This document shows, one piece after another, positions 1 to 4,850 of a DNA stretch of 4,850 nucleotides. The position numbers and the translations under genes are program-made. The notes beneath the pieces are model-generated. The model saw only the letters and a program-made list of their open reading frames with translations. It was not told the DNA's origin and did no database searches. This DNA comes from a virus (Duplodnaviria; Heunggongvirae; Uroviricota; Caudoviricetes): IMG/VR virus record IMGVR_UViG_2778261251_000003; one strand, given 5' to 3'. Every line of letters begins with the position of its first letter. The stretch's first letter is position 1.

Positions 1-22
1 GTTATTTATAAAATCCTTTCTA

Positions 23-337
23 TTATTTATCAGATGTTAGATTGTAATAATTGGTATAAGCTGAAATTGACTTCTGGCATGCTTCAAGAAATTCCTGTGG
101 ATTCATTCCTAGTCTTGCTTGCTCTGTGGTCAGAAAACGCTGTAAGAACTCATCTCCGCCAGGCATTTTTGTTGATTCTTGAAATGTTGCCATTTGTTTG
201 ATTGTGCCGCACATGCCAGCAAATTTCGAAGTTATCATGAGTTCTTGCAGGCCTTTAAGATCGCCATTATCTGATTTTGGTTTGGCGAAAACTATTGTAG
301 AGAAGAACAATATTAACAAAATAGCGATACGTTTCAT
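23..337 (-). CDS. hypothetical small secreted protein (104 aa precursor, about 86 aa mature) with Sec-type signal peptide; function unknown
   Basis: ORF track 23..337 minus. N-terminus MKRIAILLILFFSTIVFA-KPK has a basic n-region, hydrophobic core and V-F-A cleavage-type motif, with no lipobox Cys. Two Cys in the mature part (C43, C87). Its ATG (337-335) overlaps the mnt stop (336-334) as ATGA, implying translational coupling. No family recognised from memory. Confidence 0.6.
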   Translation of the reverse strand: MKRIAILLILFFSTIVFAKPKSDNGDLKGLQELMITSKFAGMCGTIKQMATFQESTKMPGGDEFLQRFLTTEQARLGMNPQEFLEACQKSISAYTNYYNLTSDK

Positions 338-585
338 TTTTCACTGTTGCCATGCATACATTTTAACTTCTCAACCTCATGCTCAAGCTCTATCAACCGC
401 GATGCTATAGTTGCAAGATCTAGTGCTTGAATATGTTTATTTTTTTCAGTCCATGCCTCAAGTGCTGCTACCATCTCAGCATTTAATGAACGAGAATTAG
501 CCTCAGCCAGTTCAATAAGACGTTCCTTTATCTCTACAGGAAGCCTCAGATTCACTTGAGGGTTTTTGTACTTACGATCAGACAT
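334..585 (-). CDS. mnt: Mnt-like ribbon-helix-helix transcriptional repressor (83 aa from ATG at 585-583; the ORF track's GTG at 591 would give 85 aa)
   Basis: Translation ...NPQVNLRLPVEIKERLIELAEANSRSLNAEMVAALEAW... aligns with my recollection of P22 Mnt (…HFNFRMPMEVREKLKFRAEANGRSMNSELLQIVQDAL…), including the RHH beta-strand and ANGRS motif. AGGA Shine-Dalgarno complement at 594-597, about 8 nt upstream of the ATG. 83 aa matches P22 Mnt length. Divergent from arc-ant as in P22 immI. Confidence 0.8.
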   Translation of the reverse strand: MSDRKYKNPQVNLRLPVEIKERLIELAEANSRSLNAEMVAALEAWTEKNKHIQALDLATIASRLIELEHEVEKLKCMHGNSEK

Positions 586-613
586 CGGCACATCCTGAAT
601 AATTTTTTACCAC

Positions 614-642
614 AGGATATGTAGGTATCTATTGACTATCAA
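614..642 (-). promoter_or_regulatory. candidate leftward promoter Pmnt (weak match)
   Basis: On the minus strand, -35 TTGATA (642-637), 17 bp spacer, -10 TATCCT (619-614); alternative extended -10 TGgTAAAAA (612-604). It sits back-to-back with the Pant -35. Hexamer matches are only moderate. Confidence 0.3.
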
Positions 643-660
643 TGCGTACCTAAATACTAT
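632..660 (+). promoter_or_regulatory. candidate sigma70 promoter Pant driving arc-ant
   Basis: -35 TTGACT (632-637), 17 bp spacer, -10 TACTAT (655-660). Predicted start near 667, upstream of the arc RBS AAGGAG (679-684) and ATG 690. Confidence 0.5.
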
Positions 661-678
661 GTATGCGTACCACATACA
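642..678. promoter_or_regulatory. candidate operator sites: 9 bp direct repeat ATGCGTACC (642-650 and 663-671) and imperfect 19 bp palindrome TGTATGcgtaccaCATACA (660-678) over the Pant -10/start region
   Basis: The exact 9 bp repeat occurs twice, 21 bp apart (two helical turns), bracketing the Pant -10. The second copy lies inside an inverted repeat with 6 bp arms TGTATG/CATACA. The position matches where Oarc and Omnt sit at P22 Pant, but the sequence differs from the P22 operators as I recall them. Confidence 0.35.
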
Positions 679-689
679 AAGGAGCAAAA

Positions 690-836
690 ATGAAAGTTAA
701 GACATTAAGGATGCCAGAATGGCTGGAAAAGGCTTTGGAGCAGTCCGCGAAAAAGGATGATCGGTCGTTCAGTAATGAGGTATTGAGGAGACTAAAGGAG
801 TCAGTAGCTAAGGATGGAATTGTTTGTCCAGAATGA
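690..836 (+). CDS. arc: Arc-like ribbon-helix-helix repressor (48 aa)
   Basis: Absent from the ORF track because it is under 60 aa. Hand translation: MKVKTLRMPEWLEKALEQSAKKDDRSFSNEVLRRLKESVAKDGIVCPE, stop TGA at 834-836. Aligns with recalled P22 Arc (…NLRWPREVLDLVRKVAEENGRSVNSEIYQRVMESFKKEG…), sharing L-R-x-P, RS-x-N-xE and R-x-x-ES-x-K-xG. Strong RBS AAGGAG 5 nt upstream. Sits immediately upstream of ant as in P22. Confidence 0.75.
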   Translation: MKVKTLRMPEWLEKALEQSAKKDDRSFSNEVLRRLKESVAKDGIVCPE

Positions 837-902
837 GTAAAGCCCAAGCTATTGCGAGTAGCTCGGGCTTAAATCGCCAGTAAATTTTGAGGAAAAACTG
901 AC
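835..902 (-). ncRNA. sar: candidate sar-like small antisense RNA (about 65-70 nt) complementary to the ant ribosome-binding site
   Basis: Strong minus-strand promoter inside the 5' end of ant (next feature) predicts a start near 901-902. The transcript would run leftward across the ant SD (TGAGGA 888-893) and end at the 840-870 hairpin. P22 sar is established as a 68-69 nt antisense RNA of this arrangement. Ends are approximate. Confidence 0.4.
840..870. terminator. stem-loop in the arc-ant intercistronic spacer; likely terminator of the leftward sar-type transcript
   Basis: 12 bp stem 840-851 / 859-870 (AAGCCCAAGCTA ... TAGCTCGGGCTT) with a 7 nt loop. The single mismatch (846/864) is A-C on the plus strand but a G-U wobble in the minus-strand RNA. 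The minus-strand RNA is followed by UACUCAUUCU (U-rich); the plus strand has no U-run after the stem. Confidence 0.45.
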
Positions 903-1832
903 ATGAAAAGTATAGCAACAGCAGTATCTACTATCAACGTGCCATTCCACGGCGCAGAGCTTTATGTCGTCAATCACAACGGTGAGCCGTACACCCCAAT
1001 GAAACCTATCGTTGAAGGTATGGGTATGGATTGGGCTTCACAGTTTACGAAAATAAAGCAACGGTTTAAAACCTCCATTGTGAAAATCACAATGCAGCTT
1101 CCTGGTGATGAACAGTGCCGTGAGATTATTTGTTTGGCACTTCGCAAACTTGCTGGCTGGCTGCAAACCATCAGTCCAAACAAAGTCCGCCCTGAAATCC
1201 GCGACAAGGTAATCCAGTATCAGGAAGAGTGTGACGATGTGCTCTACGAGTACTGGACTAAAGGCCATGTAGTTAACCCACGCAAAGCTAAAAAGGCGTT
1301 GCCGGGTAAAATCACCACTGAACAGCAGGAAGCCATTAAACAACTCGTCATGAGTCGCGGTCAGTCTCTGCCAAAAGAAAAACAGGCGAAGGCAATGATT
1401 ACCATGTGGTCGTCGCTGAAATCTCATTTTGGGTGTTCATACAAAGAAATCAGCGATGAGCAGTTTACCGAAGCTCTGTCACTTGCAGCTCGCGTTCCGC
1501 TTGAAGGCGAGTTAATCGGCAAACAAGAGAAGAAAGCAAACGAGCTTTCTGCAAAAGAAGCAAACAGCCTTGTATGGTTATGGGATTATGCCAACCGCTC
1601 ACAGGCATTATTCCGCGAACTGTATCCGGCGCTAAAACAAATTCAATCGAACTATTCAGGCAGATGTCATGACTGTGGTTATGAGTTCTCCCGTATTATC
1701 GATATGGCGAGAGACGTTTTAATCAATCACTCACGAGATGTTGATATCAATGAGCCAGACGGACCAACGAATCTTTCCGCATGGATGAGACTTAAGAATA
1801 AAAAATTACCTCCTTCAGTACATAACTACTGA
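903..1832 (+). CDS. ant: phage antirepressor Ant (309 aa)
   Basis: ORF track 903..1832. N-terminus (…INVPFHGAELYVVNHNGEPYTPMKPIVEGMGMDWASQF…) resembles the phage antirepressor N-terminal domain. Length close to P22 Ant (about 300 aa). Position after arc and before the tailspike matches P22 immI. RBS TGAGGA 888-893. Confidence 0.85.
   Translation: MKSIATAVSTINVPFHGAELYVVNHNGEPYTPMKPIVEGMGMDWASQFTKIKQRFKTSIVKITMQLPGDEQCREIICLALRKLAGWLQTISPNKVRPEIRDKVIQYQEECDDVLYEYWTKGHVVNPRKAKKALPGKITTEQQEAIKQLVMSRGQSLPKEKQAKAMITMWSSLKSHFGCSYKEISDEQFTEALSLAARVPLEGELIGKQEKKANELSAKEANSLVWLWDYANRSQALFRELYPALKQIQSNYSGRCHDCGYEFSRIIDMARDVLINHSRDVDINEPDGPTNLSAWMRLKNKKLPPSVHNY
909..937 (-). promoter_or_regulatory. candidate Psar promoter (minus strand) within the first codons of ant
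   Basis: Minus-strand -35 TTGATA (937-932), exact 17 bp spacer, -10 TATACT (914-909). One of the best sigma70 matches in the window, oriented antisense to ant. Confidence 0.45.
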
Positions 1833-1850
1833 CAGATAACCAACGCAACG

Positions 1851-1874
1851 ACCCAGCTTCGGCTGGGTTTTTTT
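1851..1874 (+). terminator. rho-independent terminator downstream of ant
   Basis: Stem CCCAGC (1852-1857) / GCTGGG (1862-1867) with TTCG tetraloop (1858-1861), followed by a run of seven T (1868-1874). Lies 19 nt after the ant stop. Confidence 0.75.
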
Positions 1875-1932
1875 ATACCCAAAATTCACCGTAGCCACGC
1901 TGCGGCGATTCCTTGCATCTGGAGCAAATTAA

Positions 1933-2271
1933 ATGACAGACATTACAGCCAATGTGATTGTATCTATGCCTTCGCAACTCTTCACTATGGCGCGTTCTTT
2001 TAAAGCGGTTGCCAATGGCAAAATTTATATCGGTAAAATTGACACTGACCCGGTAAATCCTGAAAACCAGATTCAGGTTTATGTGGAGAACGAAGACGGT
2101 TCTCACGTTCCTGTTTCGCAACCAATCATCATTAACGCTGCTGGATATCCGGTATATAACGGACAGATTGCCAAGTTCGTAACTGAGCAAGGCCATTCCA
2201 TGGCTGTATATGATGCGTATGGTGCGAAGCAGTTCTATTTTCCTAATGTGCTGAAGTATGACCCTGACCAA
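1933..2271 (+). other. tailspike N-terminal head-binding (particle-attachment) domain, ending at the conserved YDPDQ junction
   Basis: Residues 1-113; similarity to recalled P22-family tailspike N-termini stops just after YDPDQ (aa 109-113), the usual module-exchange boundary. Confidence 0.7.
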
Positions 2272-4062
2272 TTTCAGTTCACGCTCTCGTCAGACACTGG
2301 CGCAAATCTTGTCGGCATCAAGAGAACTGGACTGCCAAATAATAACTCTACTACTGTTGGTGCTTACTATCAGACAACACCTATCAACGCGGTAACAGAT
2401 TACGGAATGAAAGGGGATTTCGACCCGTCAACTGGATTTGTTAACGGAACGAATAACCGTTCTGCACTTCAACAATTGATGGATGATCTGGTAAATATCG
2501 GTGGAAACAAAACTGTAACCATTCCTCCGGGTAACTATTACTTCAACTTTGACGGTAGCACTAATCCTGGTGGTGTTGGGGTTATGTGGGGAAGGGTCGG
2601 TGCAGGGTTAAAGAATGTCACATTCCTGTGCTATGGCGCCACATTTTACTCTGGGAGCATTGGCAGACTTAACGGCATATTCAGCGCTAATTATGGTGTA
2701 AGGATAAAAGGCTTGAGAGTGATAGGGTTCGGCGGCGGAACGCTCGCTCCTTCACGAGAAAGGGATGCTATCTTTGCTCTTGCCTACAACTGCTGTGGGG
2801 TAACATTTGATGAGTGTTACTTTGCTAACAGCATGGGGGACTGCGTTTATCTTGGTGGCAGTCTTGATGACGGCTCTATAACTGGATTATTTTGCAGGGA
2901 TATCGCTTTTAATGGCTGTACTTTAAAAGAAAGATACGGGGATGGTATTAGATCTTACTACAGCGGATCTAGGTCAAGGATGGCTATTGCTGTTATCGAC
3001 TGCGTTGGTCTCAGGATTGATAACTGCAAAATAGTAGGCGGAATAGACTTCGAACCAAACGCAACAAACCAGCGCCTGCAGAATATGATGGTAGGTAATA
3101 CCAGGTTCCATGCAGGAAATGTCCTTGCATACACTGGAACAAACCCATTTTACGAGGAGCAAATCAATAGCGGAACTCAGGTTATACGTGGAGACATCCG
3201 ATTCCAGACGCGAGCGGGTGGGGTCATCACTCAGAATATTCATATATCTAACGTATCATTCGACTACGGATGCATCAGGCAGACATCTCTTGGTATAGCT
3301 GACGTTATTTATGAAAACATAAGAATGCGCAGGGGTATATTGGTGGTTGGTTCTGACTCAGGCACAAACTTCAACCCATCTGCAAACTTCAATGATGTTT
3401 ATGTTGATCTGGCTCTTAACGGTTCAGATGATGATATCTTTGAGTTGAATGGGTCAGGCACAACACCTCCTACATTGCCAGCAGTAGTCATGTTGATACA
3501 GGGAAATCTTACATACGCAAGATTTAATGGGATAAGTGGAGGGAATACCATCGGTGCATTTAGTTACCTGTTTTATGCAGATCCAACACACACAGCTGGT
3601 GATGCGGGGAGGAGCATTTACGCAAACTGCAGCATACTTGGCGGTAACCTTTACAACTACACTATCCCGGATAGCAGTCAGGAACTTGGAAACACATCTA
3701 TGCCAGCCTCCGGAGTTGCCTTTACAAAATACCGTAGGATTAATACTGACCTAATCATGCAGTCGGTTGGTGCTCTAAGCATATCCGCAAGCGGTTCAAT
3801 AGACTGGAACGCATTCAGAACAAGCAAATTGGCAGTAACTGCTACCACTACAGGCCTGCAAATATCAGGGATTGTTAATGGCCCTATGGTTGGTGCTGAG
3901 GTTCAGATAAGGAATAGTGGATCAAACCCCATAATTCTGGCTCACAGTACATCTTTCTATCTTAAAGGAACAACTAGTGCCACCCTTGACGATACGAGAA
4001 AGGTGGTGACGTTCCAGTACATCTCTTCAGGAGTATGGACGGAGATATACCGGAACTTTTAA
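1933..4062 (+). CDS. tailspike protein (709 aa): P22-gp9-family N-terminal head-binding domain plus a putative beta-helix receptor-binding/glycan-depolymerase body of unassigned specificity
   Basis: ORF track 1933..4062. RBS GGAG at 1921-1924. First ~113 aa ([43 protein letters not shown]…NVLKYDPDQ) closely match the conserved head-binding domain of P22/Sf6/HK620-type tailspikes as I recall them. The remainder is Gly/Asn/Ser/Thr-rich with repetitive short-strand character typical of parallel beta-helix tailspikes, but I do not recognise it as the P22, Sf6 or HK620 body. Confidence 0.9.
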   Translation: MTDITANVIVSMPSQLFTMARSFKAVANGKIYIGKIDTDPVNPENQIQVYVENEDGSHVPVSQPIIINAAGYPVYNGQIAKFVTEQGHSMAVYDAYGAKQFYFPNVLKYDPDQFQFTLSSDTGANLVGIKRTGLPNNNSTTVGAYYQTTPINAVTDYGMKGDFDPSTGFVNGTNNRSALQQLMDDLVNIGGNKTVTIPPGNYYFNFDGSTNPGGVGVMWGRVGAGLKNVTFLCYGATFYSGSIGRLNGIFSANYGVRIKGLRVIGFGGGTLAPSRERDAIFALAYNCCGVTFDECYFANSMGDCVYLGGSLDDGSITGLFCRDIAFNGCTLKERYGDGIRSYYSGSRSRMAIAVIDCVGLRIDNCKIVGGIDFEPNATNQRLQNMMVGNTRFHAGNVLAYTGTNPFYEEQINSGTQVIRGDIRFQTRAGGVITQNIHISNVSFDYGCIRQTSLGIADVIYENIRMRRGILVVGSDSGTNFNPSANFNDVYVDLALNGSDDDIFELNGSGTTPPTLPAVVMLIQGNLTYARFNGISGGNTIGAFSYLFYADPTHTAGDAGRSIYANCSILGGNLYNYTIPDSSQELGNTSMPASGVAFTKYRRINTDLIMQSVGALSISASGSIDWNAFRTSKLAVTATTTGLQISGIVNGPMVGAEVQIRNSGSNPIILAHSTSFYLKGTTSATLDDTRKVVTFQYISSGVWTEIYRNF

Positions 4063-4099
4063 TCAGTGTCCATGGATGGCCATCTTTCACCAGTTATCT

Positions 4100-4464
4100 T
4101 CATTTCCCATCCCTAAAGACAATGAACTTTTAATAGACGAAACCGCACACCAGACTGATGGCGGAGAAGGTGATAAGAGTGACAATTGGAGGAAGTGCGC
4201 ATCTATCAGCAGCCCATCCAATAGTAGCACTCAGTGTCCCCATGAACCCGACATATAACATGTAGCGCATCGTTGTAGTCGATGTTTTGAATGTGAATCT
4301 TGCATTCGCGAAGAAGCTAAAGCTCACAGCCACAACGAAACCTGCGAAGTTTGCCAAAGCCTGATTGGTATGCTCGGCATAGATACATACACCAAAAACC
4401 ACCCAGTGTATAAGTGTGTTCAGCACACCAATCGAGGTGTGTACTTTGCAAATAGCTTTAACAT
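4100..4464 (-). pseudogene. gtrA: gtrA (bactoprenol-linked glucose translocase of O-antigen glucosylation operons), disrupted by a +2 frameshift and an in-frame stop
   Basis: Minus strand: ATG at 4464-4462 encodes MLKLFAKYT then hits TGA (4422-4420). The -1 frame continues SIGVLNTLIHWVVFGVCIY… (ORF track 4130..4426) to TAA at 4132-4130, after which the same frame reads KFIVFRDGK to a stop at 4102-4100. Joined, this gives a 120 aa GtrA-like protein matching my recollection of SfV/P22 GtrA. Span is 365 nt = 363 + 2. The frame switch maps to the GTGTGT tract at 4437-4442. Confidence 0.6.
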
Positions 4465-4850
4465 TTCTTATATCAGGTAATAATCAAAGTCATGAAGTCT
4501 ATCATCCAAGTCTCAATCGATCGATGACTTGCTGTGGTTGATGAGACAAAACTGATGCACACAAAGCTTTGCGCTGGATTGCAAGGCTTTGTACTCTTCG
4601 ATAGTGGTTAAGGCGGTTCACTCCACCTTTTCATCAATCCAGTCCGCCCACCACTGCATCATTTCTCTGCGCTTATCGTGGCAGATGCCTCACTATCACA
4701 CGGTGATGGTTCATTACTGGTTTGCATAATGGATAGAGAACTGAGGATAAAAGATATCCCAAAACCCAAAAATTGTTCTTGCCCCCTTATTTCCAGACAG
4801 GGGTTGTATCTTAAGTTAACATTACCCGCTGACGTCGATATTCTCGCGGA

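Larger units (their letters stand above)
586..689. promoter_or_regulatory. divergent immI-type control region between mnt (leftward) and arc-ant (rightward): candidate Pant, candidate Pmnt and repressor operators
   Basis: 104 bp AT-rich spacer between divergent RHH repressor genes. Contains the promoter-like hexamers and repeats itemised in the next three features. Architecture matches the P22 Pant/Pmnt/Oarc/Omnt arrangement; exact operators not verified. Confidence 0.55.

Noticed and set aside
198-410. 70 aa plus-strand ORF
   Set aside because: Lies antisense across the start of the signal-peptide ORF and the 3' end of mnt, both of which have better support; no RBS and no recognisable protein features.
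592-618. 6 bp inverted repeat ATCCTG ... CAGGAT separated by 15 bp across the mnt leader, considered as an RBS-occluding hairpin or operator
   Set aside because: Arms too short to be significant; the match partly reflects the mnt Shine-Dalgarno itself.
650-847. 65 aa minus-strand ORF
   Set aside because: Antisense to the Arc-like gene and spans the promoter region; the Arc-like plus-strand reading has a strong RBS and family resemblance.
974-1427. Two overlapping minus-strand ORFs (77 and 129 aa)
   Set aside because: Both lie entirely inside ant on the opposite strand, with low-complexity translations and no start context; typical antisense shadow ORFs.
1873-2271. 132 aa minus-strand ORF
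   Set aside because: Antisense to the conserved tailspike head-binding domain; the tailspike frame is unambiguous.
2974-3754. Internal ORFs 2974..3243 (-), 3110..3298 (+), 3536..3754 (+)
   Set aside because: All lie within the tailspike gene in other frames or on the other strand; no independent support.
4075-4084. Perfect 10 bp palindrome GATGGCCATC between the convergent tailspike and gtrA ends, considered as a bidirectional terminator
   Set aside because: As an RNA hairpin it would have only a 3-4 bp stem and no U-run; about five perfect 10 bp palindromes are expected by chance in a window this size.
4076-4258. 60 aa plus-strand ORF
   Set aside because: Antisense to the gtrA remnant; a Ser/Pro-rich translation with no RBS.
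4516-4525. Palindrome ATCGATCGAT containing the only GATC upstream of gtrA, considered as a Dam/OxyR phase-variation switch
   Set aside because: Phase-variable gtr operons have several spaced GATC sites; a single site in a chance-level palindrome is not enough to call a switch.
4598-4630. tRNA-like fragment (TAGTGGTTAAG D-loop-like followed by GGTTCACTCC T-loop-like) considered as a tRNA gene or att core
   Set aside because: The T-loop lacks the conserved GTTCGA/GTTCAA spacing, there is no anticodon arm between the two elements, and no acceptor stem with CCA context; not a credible tRNA.
4729-4850. Plus-strand frame open from ATG 4729 to the window end (MDRELRIKDIPKPKNCSC...)
   Set aside because: No Shine-Dalgarno, only about 40 codons visible, and the opposite strand is also open over the same stretch; insufficient to call a gene.
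1-4850. CRISPR arrays, insertion sequences or rRNA genes
   Set aside because: No regularly spaced direct repeats, no terminal inverted repeats flanking a transposase-like ORF, and no rRNA-like conserved stretches were seen.

Overview
The window reads as a P22-like (lambdoid podovirus) phage or prophage segment of an enterobacterium, covering an immI-type immunity module, the tailspike gene and a decayed gtrA. Left to right: a small Sec-secreted protein of unknown function (minus strand) whose start overlaps the stop of an Mnt-like ribbon-helix-helix repressor (minus); a ~104 bp divergent promoter/operator region; an Arc-like repressor of 48 aa (plus, missing from the ORF track because it is short); a spacer hairpin with a likely sar-type antisense RNA; the antirepressor Ant (plus); a rho-independent terminator; a 709 aa tailspike with the conserved P22-family N-terminal head-binding domain and a receptor-binding body I do not recognise; and, convergent with it, a gtrA that carries a +2 frameshift and an in-frame stop, with no gtrB/gtrC between it and the tailspike. 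The last ~390 bp have no convincing gene. All calls rest on reading the sequence and on recalled family sequences (P22 Arc, Mnt, Ant, gp9, GtrA); no database search was run. No rRNA, tRNA, CRISPR array or transposon was seen. I found no clearly novel multi-gene system; the least explained elements are the secreted protein coupled to mnt, the unrecognised tailspike body and the ORF-free right end.
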